The notes under the pieces are model-generated. The model saw only the letters and a list, made by a program, of their open reading frames with translations. It was not told the DNA's origin and did not search any database. 64,000 bases of DNA from Gekko japonicus (taxonomy: Eukaryota), in the NCBI RefSeq assembly GCF_001447785.1, contig NW_015165238.1:1567129-1631128 (forward strand), in the 5' to 3' direction. Both the position numbers and the translations under genes were made by a program. Positions 26,810 to 38,915 of the stretch are shown here, one piece after another (position 1 is the stretch's first letter; each line of letters opens with the position of its first letter).

Positions 26810-27000
26810 ACAGCTGAATTATGGCGACCACATAGGGTTTTCAAGGTAAGAGACATTCAGAGGTGGTTTGCCATTGCCCACCTCTGCATCATGATGCTAG
26901 TATTCCTTGAATGTTTCCCATCCAAATACTAGCCAGGATCAACCTTGCTTAGCTTCTGAGATCTCATGAGATCAGGCTATCCTGGGCTATCCAGGTCAAG
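26810..27000 (-). mobile_element. 5S rRNA-derived SINE
   Basis: Reverse complement contains cctgatctcatgagatctcagaagctaagcaaggttgatcctggctagtatttggatgggaaac (5S internal control region), followed by a non-5S body. Confidence 0.75.
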
Positions 27001-27595
27001 TTAGGCCATCAGTGAAGTTATAATGTGTATTTTCAGAAATATTTATATGGTTATTATTTATTTTATGCCCACCCAAGAACAATCCTAGCGATGGTACTGT
27101 TGTCTCATCCTATAGCTGCCCTATAACATTTGGAAAACACCCAAGAGACAGTGTGTTGTAGTGGTAAGAGTGTCAAACTACAGTTTGAGAGGCCCATGTT
27201 GAAATCCCCACTCTGCCAGGGAAGCTTTCTGGGTGAGCCAGTCGCACATATGGTCCTGTACAATCAATGGGAATAGAAACAGTAGAATTTCTGAAAAGGC
27301 AAGTTGTGTTTTATATTTACACAGTTTGTTTCAAATGTTGCGCTGATAAAGGAATGGGCTAACATATGGAATCCTAGAGACCCTTATGTGAGGAAATGTG
27401 TTGATGGAAAGTGGTTACCTGGATTTATTGAAAGGGTAAGAAAACATACAGAAGAGCATGAAGGGGCAAGGGTCTCTTATTAGAAAGGAACAGACAATAT
27501 ATGGTTAGTGTAGGAATTCAGATTGCTTTGGAGGGAATTGGGTATGCTGTACTAAGTCAAGATCAAAATGCATTGGCTAGTAGAAAACATGATTA

Positions 27596-27700
27596 CCGTA
27601 TTTTCCGGCGTATAAGACGACTGGGCGTATAAGACGACCCCCCCACTTCTGAGAAGATTTCCCTAGGTTAAAAAGTAGTCTTATACGCAGGAAAATACGG
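27596..27700. mobile_element. 105-bp Tc1/mariner-superfamily MITE (Tc2/pogo-like)
   Basis: 23-bp TIRs CCGTATTTTCC(G/T)GCGTATAAGAC with 1 mismatch and a TA TSD. The empty site gatTAtattaaac is in the second copy (about 32082-32094). Confidence 0.92.
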
Positions 27701-28762
27701 TATATTAAACATCTCATGCCATGAAGGTGTAACAGGGTGAAAAAATGAAGTGCTAACTAAATATTGCTCAGGGTTTTGCAGAGCGCTAATGTTCTCAAGC
27801 AACTTGTTTTTCCCTAAACTTGTGTCCCAAGTAAGCCTCAGCTGGTAAGAGTCATCTTACTTCAGGAATATATCAAGTTGGTTCATACTTCTGAGATCTT
27901 GTTTATAAATTATTGTAATGGTTACTCTGTGTCTTGGATTTTAGTCTGAGGCAATAGAGATTGGGCTAAAAAGCTGCGTTTTCATCTTCTGTGTGGTAGC
28001 TCCCGTGATTGTTGACTTCTGGGGTCTGCAGATTGGCCCTTCTATAATACTAAGGGATAATTAGAGGGCACATCTTGCTTCATTGTTGTGTAGTCTTAGT
28101 ACATGTTGTGAGACTTGGGATTTTTTTTTTTTTTAGGGAAAACTGGTTAGCTTTGCCTATTAGAAATATCTGTGCTTATACATCTGGATTTTGTATGCCA
28201 CTGTTGTCTTTTGGCATTCTTCCATAGTATCACAGGGAGCTACAATAACCAGCTACTCTCAATGACTGGGGAAAATATAATTATAAGATGCTCTCTCTGT
28301 CTTCAGTAAAAATTTTTCCAGTTCCCTTTGGAAGTATCAATATTTTCTATTTCTTGGCCTGTGCAGTATTTATCAGGAAGAGAAGAAGCCATAACGTGTA
28401 GCGTCAGTAAATGCTTCCTCCTCTTTCTTCACCTGAGAGCATTTCCTTGTCAGTGCAAGTCATGTTCCAGGAATTGTTGTGTGGACACCTTATCATATGG
28501 CAAGGAAGGTTTTAAACAAAGCTATGTGGTATTGTGGCAATGGCCAGCCAACTGTGCAGATAAATTCCATATAAAAATAGCCTGGGACTGTTCAGGGTTA
28601 GGGGCAGTGATATGAATTAACAGTTCTGAAAACTGCAGAACAGTCCAGTCTTGGTTGTGCTTGTTTTCTGCTGGGGGTATTCCTTTTGTTTTTGTTGCAA
28701 GTTTCCTTTAACTTAAAATGAGCAAAAAGTATACTGAACTATTGTCTTATTTTTCTCCATAG

Positions 28763-28866
28763 ACATGTTATATATGTGATGAACAAGGCAGAGAAAGTAA
28801 AGCAGCCACTGGTGCTTGCATGACTTGTAACAAGCATGGATGTCGCCAGGCATTTCATGTAACATG
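28763..28866 (+). CDS. MLLT10: MLLT10 exon, PHD2 N-half (about exon 6), copy 1
   Basis: 104 bp, ccatag|...|gtaagt. Translates TCYICDEQGRESKAATGACMTCNKHGCRQAFHVT(C). Confidence 0.95.
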
Positions 28867-29241
28867 GTAAGTAAACTTTAGTGCTAAGAACATATTTTAT
28901 CCTGTTATGACCTAGTTGTATTACCATAGGAGATGTAAATGTTTAAATAGTTGTGGCATTTTTATGCTTAAAATATTCAAACTTATGGTTGTATGTTAGT
29001 TGGGACATCTTACTATGTCATTATCTCTAGAGTTCAGTATGACTGGTAGAGTTTTGAAGTACAATTTCAGTTATTGAACTGTATTAGAAAGAATTTCCCT
29101 GAAGTACTGAGCGCTAAGTAATCTCCAGTTATATTAAGAGATTTATGTTTATATTTTCAGCTGCATTAATAACCTAATTTAAGCATATTTAAGGATGGAT
29201 TGTTTTCTGACTCCTTTCTATATCCTGTACTTCTTTCTTAG

Positions 29242-29335
29242 TGCACAGTTTGCAGGACTTCTTTGTGAAGAAGAAGGTAATGGTGCAGATAATGTCCAGT
29301 ATTGTGGTTACTGTAAATACCATTTCAGTAAGCTG
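29242..29335 (+). CDS. MLLT10: MLLT10 exon, PHD2 C-half (about exon 7), copy 1
   Basis: 94 bp, tcttag|...|gtaaga. Translates (C)AQFAGLLCEEEGNGADNVQYCGYCKYHFSKL. Confidence 0.95.
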
Positions 29336-32300
29336 GTAAGAATCTGTTGAATTCAGTATTCCTAATACAGTACTGTGTTTTATATCATGTGAGTTTAACA
29401 GCTGGCATGCTGACAAAAAGTTAAGAATCGCATATTCTTAATAGTGGATAAAATTTAATCTTGTGAACAGAATGAATGAGGTCCAAAGTTGTCTTTGGGT
29501 ATGGAAGGAGCTATATAAGCAGAAGAGGAGATGATTTTTGTTGTTGACTTCATTCCACTGCAGACTTCTACAGTACATCCCATGCTATTACTGAGGAGCC
29601 CCTGATCCCCAAGGGACCATAGTGGGCTGCAGTGGGAGGCCAGAGTTGGGAAAGATTCATTCCAAAAATAGGGCTTCACCTGGGGTTCTGTGTCTATTGA
29701 GTCAGTAAATATTCATATGTGATATTCAGGGCCGTCTGGTGATGTCGCTATATTGATAATGGCAGCTTTGACTTTCAAATTCTGTCCCATAGTAAGTTTA
29801 TGGAACAGCTCTAATTATGGGTATGTCTCGAACGTTGAGAACGTTATTGTAACAAAATGTTGGTGTAAATATCTGATGCAAACTATAGTTTTGTGATAGA
29901 CTGCATAATGGGAAGATTGAACTTGCCTTTCTGGATCAGACTGAACTTTGCTTAGGCCTGCATTCTGATAGCAGCTGTGGCCAGCCAGGTACCCCAGGAA
30001 TACTTAAACAGCACCAACATGGAACATTCCATCTCCAGATAACATTCCCAATTCAAGCAAGAAGTTAAAATGATAGGTCTGTACCCACAAATACTCCAAA
30101 ATAAATGAAACTGATATTACATTGGCAATTTTCCAATCCTCTGCTGAGAACACTAGTTTTGTTTTTAAATACACATTGTTTTTAAAAGATAAACTATTTC
30201 TCATTAGGTTCTTTTAAGAATGCTATCTTGATCTGATGATTTTGGAACTTTAATTCAGTTCTAAAACATAATCTGTAGTCACTTCAACTAGGTATAATTC
30301 TTCTGCTGGCCGCCTGAACACAATGGATTGCATTTAAAATTTATGCAAAGAATGTATTTAATTCCTCTACAAATTCCCTGTCATTCCTTCATCATCCAGC
30401 TGTATTTCTTTGACTTGTTTCCTATTTCTGATGGTCTTAAAGTAATACTAAATAATTCTTTATTGCTAAAAATGTTTTTTAATTCTATTTAGTTTTGCTT
30501 TATTTGTATTTGGTTTGCCAAAGAACATTTGTTAGTTCTCTCCCCCCCCCCCCCATTAAGGCAAGTTTTGCACTTTTAAAGAAAGCATTCTTACCATTCT
30601 ATTGGTGTTGGCTCTTTTTTAAAAAGTGCAGGCCCCGACACGATGCTGTCACCTGGAAGTGATGTCATCATATCAGGATGGGTGGTGCTCTGGTTTTTGG
30701 GCAAAACTCTATGGTAAATTTGGCTTCAAACCATAGCATTTTCCCCACAAACCAGAGTGTGCCTCCCCAATGTCGGGGCCTACACTTCCGGTTTTACTGG
30801 AAGTCACACGGGAAGGTCAGTTGGGGGTGGGATTTCCCACTGGGCGACTGGGAACCCTATTAACTAGTTATATCATTTATGAGAAATCCTCCATGTTAAA
30901 ACTGTATATGACTGTGTTTCAGTTTCTAGTCAAGATTTTATGTTTGTTGGCTTGTATCTAATGGCAGTTTTCCACTGTTGGAAGGATATTTCCACTGCTG
31001 GAGAGAGAGGTGGTTTCTGCAGATTCTCTTCTCCCACTGTGGACCCTGCATTTGTGTTCAGCCTTCTTTCTGGGGTAATAAGTGGGGCATGGTGGGAGGG
31101 GGAGGCAGGAAATTCCTATTCTGTGACTGCTTCATTTGTGATTCTTGCTGGATGTGTTGGAAGTGATCATGCTGTGATCACTTGTTTCTAAATGGACTGG
31201 CTATGTTTGAATCTTGTATCAGAGTCAGAACCTTGTTACTTCTTAGGATTAAATCAAAAGATGACTCTCAAGGTTCCAGAAATGATTGTTCCAAGCTGTA
31301 ATTATTTATTGTATTTAGAAATGACACAAATTTATGTTTATCCTGTCATTTGGCAAGTAATTGAAGTCTCTTGCTACATTTTCTACCAGTTTGGCGTAGT
31401 GGTTAAGTGTGCGGACTCTAATCTGGGAGAACTGGGTTTGATTCTCCACTCCTCCACTTGCACCTGGCTGGTGACCTTGGGCAAGCCATAGTTCTGAGAA
31501 GAGCTGTTCTTGAAAAAAGAGCAGCAGAAATATTTATATGGTTATTATTTATTTTATGCCCACCCAAGAACAATCCTAGCGATGGTACTGTTGTCTCATC
31601 CTATAGCTGCCCTATAACATTTGGAAAACACCCAAGAGACAGTGTGTTGTAGTGGTAAGAGTGTCAAACTACAGTTTGAGAGGCCCATGTTGAAATCCCC
31701 ACTCTGCCAGGGAAGCTTTCTGGGTGAGCCAGTCGCACATATGGTCCTGTACAATCAATGGGAATAGAAACAGTAGAATTCCTGAAAAGGCCAGTTGTGT
31801 TTTATATTTACACAGTTTGTTTCAAATGTTGCGCTGATAAAGGAATGGGCTAACATATGGAATCCTAGAGACCCTTATGTGAGGAAATGTGTTGATGGAA
31901 AGTGGTTACCTGGATTTATTGAAAGGGTAAGAAAACATACAGAAGAGCATGAAGGGGCAAGGGTCTCTTATTAGAAAGGAACAGACAATATATGGTTAGT
32001 GTAGGAATTCAGATTGCTTTGGAGGGAATTGGGTATGCTGTACTAAGTCAAGATCAAAATGCATTGGCTAGTAGAAAACATGATTATATTAAACATCTCA
32101 TGCCATGAAGGTGTAACAGGGTGAAAAAATGAAGTGCTAACTAAATATTGCTCAGGGTTTTGCAGAGCGCTAATGTTCTCAAGCAACTTGTTTTTCCCTA
32201 AACTTGTGTCCCAAGTAAGCCTCAGCTGGTAAGAGTCATCTTACTTCAGGAATATATCAAGTTGGTTCATACTTCTGAGATCTTGTTTATAAATTATTGT

Positions 32301-33117
32301 AATGGTTACTCTGTGTCTTGGATTTTAGTCTGAGGCAATAGAGATTGGGCTAAAAAGCTGCGTTTTCATCTTCTGTGTGGTAGCTCCCGTGATTGTTGAC
32401 TTCTGGGGTCTGCAGATTGGCCCTTCTATAATACTAAGGGATAATTAGAGGGCACATCTTGCTTCATTGTTGTGTAGTCTTAGTACATGTTGTGAGACTT
32501 GGGATTTTTTTTTTTTTTAGGGAAAACTGGTTAGCTTTGCCTATTAGAAATATCTGTGCTTATACATCTGGATTTTGTATGCCACTGTTGGGAGCTACAA
32601 TAACCAGCTACTCTCAATGACTGGGGAAAATATAATTATAAGATGCTCTCTCTGTCTTCAGTAAAAATTTTTCCAGTTCCCTTTGGAAGTATCAATATTT
32701 TCTATTTCTTGGCCTGTGCAGTATTTATCAGGAAGAGAAGAAGCCATAACGTGTAGCGTCAGTAAATGCTTCCTCCTCTTTCTTCACCTGAGAGCATTTC
32801 CTTGTCAGTGCAAGTCATGTTCCAGGAATTGTTGTGTGGACACCTTATCATATGGCAAGGAAGGTTTTAAACAAAGCTATGTGGTATTGTGGCAATGGCC
32901 AGCCAACTGTGCAGATAAATTCCATATAAAAATAGCCTGGGACTGTTCAGGGTTAGGGGCAGTGATATGAATTAACAGTTCTGAAAACTGCAGAACAGTC
33001 CAGTCTTGGTTGTGCTTGTTTTCTGCTGGGGGTATTCCTTTTGTTTTTGTTGCAAGTTTCCTTTAACTTAAAATGAGCAAAAAGTATACTGAACTATTGT
33101 CTTATTTTTCTCCATAG

Positions 33118-33221
33118 ACATGTTATATATGTGATGAACAAGGCAGAGAAAGTAAAGCAGCCACTGGTGCTTGCATGACTTGTAACAAGCATGGATGTCG
33201 CCAGGCATTTCATGTAACATG
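33118..33221 (+). CDS. MLLT10: MLLT10 exon, PHD2 N-half, duplicate copy 2
   Basis: Identical to 28763-28866 with intact splice sites. Confidence 0.9.
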
Positions 33222-33596
33222 GTAAGTAAACTTTAGTGCTAAGAACATATTTTATCCTGTTATGACCTAGTTGTATTACCATAGGAGATGTAAATGTTTA
33301 AATAGTTGTGGCATTTTTATGCTTAAAATATTCAAACTTATGGTTGTATGTTAGTTGGGACATCTTACTATGTCATTATCTCTAGAGTTCAGTATGACTG
33401 GTAGAGTTTTGAAGTACAATTTCAGTTATTGAACTGTATTAGAAAGAATTTCCCTGAAGTACTGAGCGCTAAGTAATCTCCAGTTATATTAAGAGATTTA
33501 TGTTTATATTTTCAGCTGCATTAATAACCTAATTTAAGCATATTTAAGGATGGATTGTTTTCTGACTCCTTTCTATATCCTGTACTTCTTTCTTAG

Positions 33597-33690
33597 TGCA
33601 CAGTTTGCAGGACTTCTTTGTGAAGAAGAAGGTAATGGTGCAGATAATGTCCAGTATTGTGGTTACTGTAAATACCATTTCAGTAAGCTG
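33597..33690 (+). CDS. MLLT10: MLLT10 exon, PHD2 C-half, duplicate copy 2
   Basis: Identical to 29242-29335 with intact splice sites. Confidence 0.9.
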
Positions 33691-35732
33691 GTAAGAATCT
33701 GTTGAATTCAGTATTCCTAATACAGTACTGTGTTTTATATCATGTGAGTTTAACAGCTGGCATGCTGACAAAAAGTTAAGAATCGCATATTCTTAATAGT
33801 GGATAAAATTTAATCTTGTGAACAGAATGAATGAGGTCCAAAGTTGTCTTTGGGTATGGAAGGAGCTATATAAGCAGAAGATTATTTTTGTTGTTGTCTT
33901 CATTCCACTGCAGACTTCTACAGTACATCCCATGCTATTACTGAGGAGCCCCTGATCCCCAAGGGACCATAGTGGGCTGCAGTGGGAGGCCAGAGTTGGG
34001 AAAGATTCATTCCAAAAATAGGGCTTCACCTGGAGTTCTGTGTCTATTGAGTCAGTAAATATTCATATGTGATATTCAGGGCCGTCTGGTGATGTCGCTA
34101 TATTGATAATGGCAGCTTTGACTTTCAAATTCTGTCCCATAGTAAGTTTATGGAACAGCTCTAATTATGGGTATGTCTCGAACGTTGAGAACGTTATTGT
34201 AACAAAATGTTGGTGTAAATATCTGATGCAAACTATAGTTTTGTGATAGACTGCATAATGGGAAGATTGAACTTGCCTTTCTGGATCAGACTGAACTTTG
34301 CTTAGGCCTGCATTCTGATAGCAGCTGTGGCCAGCCAGGTACCCCAGGAATACTTAAACAGCACCAACATGGAACATTCCATCTCCAGATAACATTCCCA
34401 ATTCAAGCAAGAAGTTAAAATGATAGGTCTGTACCCACAAATACTCCAAAATAAATGAAACTGATATTACATTGGCAATTTTCCAATCCTCTGCTGAGAA
34501 CACTAGTTTTGTTTTTAAATACACATTGTTTTTAAAAGATAAACTATTTCTCATTAGGTTCTTTTAAGAATGCTATCTTGATCTGATGATTTTGGAACTT
34601 TAATTCAGTTCTAAAACATAATCTGTAGTCACTTCAACTAGGTATAATTCTTCTGCTGGCCGCCTGAACACAATGGATTGCATTTAAAATTTATGCAAAG
34701 AATGTATTTAATTCCTCTACAAATTCCCTGTCATTCCTTCATCATCCAGCTGTATTTCTTTGACTTGTTTCCTATTTCTGATGGTCTTAAAGTAATACTA
34801 AATAATTCTTTATTGCTAAAAATGTTTTTTAATTCTATTTAGTTTTGCTTTATTTGTATTTGGTTTGCCAAAGAACATTTGTTAGTTCTCTCCCCCCCCC
34901 CCCATTCAGGCAAGTCTTGCACTTTTAAAGAAAGCATTCTTACCATTCTATTGGTGTTGGCTCTTTTTTAAAAAGTGCAGGCCCCGACACGATGCTGTCA
35001 CCTGGAAGTGATGTCATCATATCAGGATGGGTGGTGCTCTGGTTTTTGGGCAAAACTCTGTGGTAAATTTGGCTTCAAACCATAGCATTTTCCCCACAAA
35101 CCAGAGTGTGCCTCCCCAATGTCGGGGCCTACACTTCCGGTTTTACTGGAAGTCACACGGGAAGGTCAGTTGGGGGTGGGATTTCCCACTGGGCGACTGG
35201 GAACCCTATTAACTAGTTATATCATTTATGAGAAATCCTCCATGTTAAAACTGTATATGACTGTGTTTCAGTTTCTAGTCAAGATTTTATGTTTGTTGGC
35301 TTGTATCTAATGGCAGTTTTCCACTGTTGGAAGGATATTTCCACTGCTGGAGAGAGAGGTGGTTTCTGCAGATTCTCTTCTCCCACTGTGGACCCTGCAT
35401 TTGTGTTCAGCCTTCTTTCTGGGGTAATAAGTGGGGCATGGTGGGAGGGGGAGGCAGGAAATTCCTATTCTGTGACTGCTTCATTTGTGATTCTTGCTGG
35501 ATGTGTTGGAAGTGATCATGCTGTGATCACTTGTTTCTAAATGGACTGGCTATGTTTGAATCTTGTATCAGAGTCAGAACCTTGTTACTTCTTAGGATTA
35601 AATCAAAAGATGACTCTCAAGGTTCCAGAAATGATTGTTCCAAGCTGTAATTATTTATTGTATTTAGAAATGACACAAATTTATGTTTATCCTGTCATTT
35701 GGCAAGTAATTGAAGTCTCTTGCTACATTTTC

Positions 35733-36152
35733 TACCAGTTTGGCGTAGTGGTTAAGTGTGCGGACTCTAATCTGGGAGAACTGGGTTTGATTCTCCACTC
35801 CTCCACTTGCACCTGGCTGGATGACCTTGGGCAAGCCGTAGTTCTTGAAGTCTCTTGCTACATTTTCTACCAGTTTGGTGTAGTGGTTAAGTGCGAGGAC
35901 TCTAATCTGGGAGAACCGGGTTTGATTCTCCACTCCTCCACTTGCACCTGGCTGGTGACCTTGGGCAAGCCATAGTTCTGAGAAGAGCTGTTCTTGAAAA
36001 AAGAGCAGCTTCTGTCAGAGCTCTCTCAGCCCCACTTACCTCATAGGGTGTCTGTTGTGGGGAGGGGAAGGGAAAGGAGTTTGTAAGCCGTTCTGAGGCA
36101 CCTTTGGGTAGTGAAGGGCGGGGTATAAATCCAATCTCCTCCTCCTCCTCCT
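35733..36152 (+). mobile_element. tRNA-derived SINE (gecko Squam3C-like) with a tandemly duplicated head
   Basis: ccagtttggtgtagtggttaag...ccgggtttgattc (A and B boxes), body, gggcggggtataaatccaatc and a (CTC)n tail. A truncated twin lies at 31384-31524. Confidence 0.85.
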
Positions 36153-37025
36153 CAGGGGTCATTTTGTAGAAAAAGAGCTGCAGGGGCTCATTAGGATATG
36201 CCACGCCCCCTGACATCACCGGAAGTGATGTCAGAAGGGGAAGCAAAAGGGAGGGGAAGGCATCTTCAAAAGCCTCCCCTTCCCCAGCTGGCCTGCAGGG
36301 GGTGGGAGTGAAGAGAGAAGGGGTTTAAAGTTTAAACCCCTTCTCACTAGAGTTGGGCTGCAGAAGGAGGAAAGAGAGAAGGAAAGAGAGAGAGAGTAGA
36401 GAGTAGGAAATAAGGAAGGAAAGACGGAAAGAAAGAGAAGGAAAGAAGGAAAGAGGGGATAAAAAGAGAGAAGGAAAGGGAAAGAAAGAGAAGGAAAGAA
36501 GAAGGGAAAGAAAGAAGGGAAGAAAGGAGGAAAAGAGGAAAAGGAGAGAACGAAAGGGGGGAAGAGAAGAGAAGAAGGAGGGAAAGAAAGAAAGAGAAAG
36601 GAAGAAGGGAAAGGAGAGAAAGAAAAGGAGAGAGAAGGAAAGGTGGGAAAGAAAGAGGACAAAGAGATGGGGAGAGGGAGGAAGGCTCTCCCACCTCCCA
36701 TCAAGCCCCATCCCCCCACCCCCACAGATCCCTCACAGATCCCTCACGCAGATCCCTCACTTACCACGATCAAGGCCTTCCCCAGGCCGCAGCGCTCTAG
36801 TGCGGGTCCCGGGAGGCATGTGATGGGCCTCCTCAGGCCTCCCCTGGGGCGCAGTGCTCCAGCACAGGCCCTGGGAGGCTGGCGATGGGCCTCTTCAGGC
36901 CTCCCCTGGGCTGCAGCGCTTTGGTGCAGGGAGCTGGGGGTGAAGCTTGCTTACACCGCCATTTGTGCCAGTTCCTGGGCTGCTGGAGCAGTGCTCTGGC
37001 ACGCTTCGGCCCCAAATGACCCCTG
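36153..37025. mobile_element. Non-autonomous hAT-like element with an internal purine-rich tract
   Basis: TIR CAGGGGTCATTT...AAATGACCCCTG. The 5' end is shared with the element at 49019. A/G low-complexity sequence spans 36361-36680. Confidence 0.8.
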
Positions 37026-37845
37026 ATTATGCCTGATTTTTTCTACATCTCGAAGTTAATTCACCACCACATCCCATACACTTGACTCTTGTCCTTTCTA
37101 TAGATTTATACCTGTGGATAACCACTGTCATTGACTTTTCTGCGTTTTCTTGGGTTTCTGGTATACTAATTACATCTATAAATTCTTTTATGAGCAACTT
37201 CTAACAAATTTTAAATGCCAGCAATCTCTTTCAAGTGGAGCAAATCTCTTTGTTATTAGATGAGCTGCAGAGGCATAGAATGGATCTGGATAACTTAATT
37301 TGTAATTGAAAGTTCAATAGTGGTGATTCTCCTCTCCCCCAGGAAACTGACCTGTTAAACGTGGGATTTCTTACATCTAGGCAGTGAACTGTCATAGTAA
37401 GATCATGATTATTATCCTTTTCTGTTTGTTGCTCTAAAACATCATTAATTCTTGGCTCAAGGTTTCTGATTCATTCTGATTTTACCCTTGCTGCCACTAT
37501 AATTCCTTCTCACATGCCTCCTTGTCGTTGAGCATGTATTTGTTGTTTTTTGGATTGCCTACCAACACCTGCAGTTCTACCTTGTGCCCATAGGCAGCCT
37601 TGTTCATTAACCATGTCTTGATCTGCCACCGGAAAATAGACTGGAATGACAGCTCAGTTTTGTGATGCTTGCCTCCTCTTTAGAACTAGCATTTCCTGTC
37701 ATCAGTAAATGGTAACAACTATAGTAGCAAGCAACCACCTGGGACTTCCTTGGCTGAGATGCTAGGGTAGCTCCTCCCTTATTTACCAGTGCCAAAAATG
37801 AGAATTTAAGTTTTTTGACACCCCCCCCCCCCACAACACCCACAA

Positions 37846-38052
37846 CATGCAGCTGCCTTATAAACCAGACCCTTGGTCCATCAAAGTCAGTATTGTCTCC
37901 TCAGGTTGGCAGTGACTCTCCGGGGTCTCAGTCTGAGGTATTTCACATCACCTCCTACCTGGTCCTTTAAAATGAAGATGCTGGAGATTGAACCTGGGAC
38001 CTTCTGAATGCCAAGCAGATGCTCTGCCAGTGAGCCACAGCTCCCTCCCCCC
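37846..38052 (-). mobile_element. tRNA-derived SINE (Squam2-like)
   Basis: Reverse complement ctgtggctcactggcagagcatctgcttggcattcagaaggtcccaggttcaatc is a tRNA head, followed by a CR1-like tail. Confidence 0.75.
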
Positions 38053-38309
38053 TTTTAGAAGAATTCCACCCATTTTGTTACGTGTCCGTTAGTGTATTAA
38101 ACTGTTCTTTAAGCCATAACATGTTTTTCATCCCATGTATTAAAGGTTCTCTGATTCCTTTTGTGCATGCATTCCAGTGCAGTGTCTAACTATGGATTTT
38201 TCATTGTATCTTGGTTTGCATCATCTACTAGTCCTCTGGAAGTTAACTTTCTTGTGTATTTGTCATCCCCAGCAATCCAGTTTCATTCTTGTTTCTAAAC
38301 AGTTATAGT

Positions 38310-38477
38310 CAGGGCTGCCAACTAGACTGGAGAAAAATGTCCTGTCTCTTTAATAGAGGTTTAATAGGACGTTGCTTACTTCCATGCCATGAGAATCATC
38401 AACTGACTGTTTCCATATGTTAAACCTCTACTAAAGGGACAGGGTTTTCCCCCCCTCCAGACTGTTTGGCAATCCTA
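38310..38477. mobile_element. Palindromic hAT-type MITE
   Basis: cagggctgcca...tggcaatccta termini with long internal inverted repeats. Confidence 0.7.
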
Positions 38478-38631
38478 GGTGTAGCTCCATTGTTTTGGTC
38501 CTCTGTACCCGAGATTTGGCTTCAGTAGTTTAGTGCTACCTGGGATTGACAGGAAAATAAGACAAATATTAACTTACAAAATTGTAATGTAGTTTAATTA
38601 CTGCATAGCCATGGTAGTTTGATGTAGTGAT

Positions 38632-38915
38632 AGAGAGCCAGTTTGGTTAAGTGCGAGGGCTCTAATCTGGGAGAACCGGGTTTGATTCTCCACTCCTCCA
38701 CTTGCACCTGCTGGATGACCTTGGGCAAGCGATAGTTCTGACATGAGCTGTCCTTGAAAAAAGAGCAGTTTCTGTCAGAGCTCTCTCAGCCCTACCTACC
38801 TCACAGGGTGTCTGTTGTGGGGAGGGGAAGGGAAAGGAGTTTGTAAGGCGCTCTGAGACTCCTTTGCGTAGTGAAGGGCGGGGTATAAATCCAATCTCTT
38901 CTTCTTCTTTTTCTT
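38632..38915 (+). mobile_element. tRNA-derived SINE (Squam3C-like)
   Basis: Same family as 35733-36152, with a (TTC)n tail. Confidence 0.85.

Larger units (their letters stand above)
27034..36008. repeat. Near-identical 4.5-kb tandem duplication (27034-31524 and 31525-36008) containing two MLLT10 exons
   Basis: Direct comparison. The copies differ by a 107-bp MITE+TA, a 29-bp indel, a 5-bp indel, an approximately 134-bp internal duplication and roughly ten substitutions seen by eye. Confidence 0.97.

Noticed and set aside
26900-27000. 5S rRNA gene (also 46150-46247 and 46523-46590)
   Set aside because: Diverged, lacks true 5S ends and is fused to a SINE body, so it is a SINE head.
28763-33690. 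Mutually exclusive exon pairs
   Set aside because: The copies are sequence-identical, so there is no isoform divergence to support this.
35735-35810. tRNA genes at A/B-box sequences (also 12520-12592, 37980-38050, 38635-38700, 60645-60715)
   Set aside because: No intact cloverleaf, and each continues into a SINE body and tail.
36231-36725. Phe/Ser/Leu-rich ORFs
   Set aside because: Translation of a purine/pyrimidine low-complexity tract.
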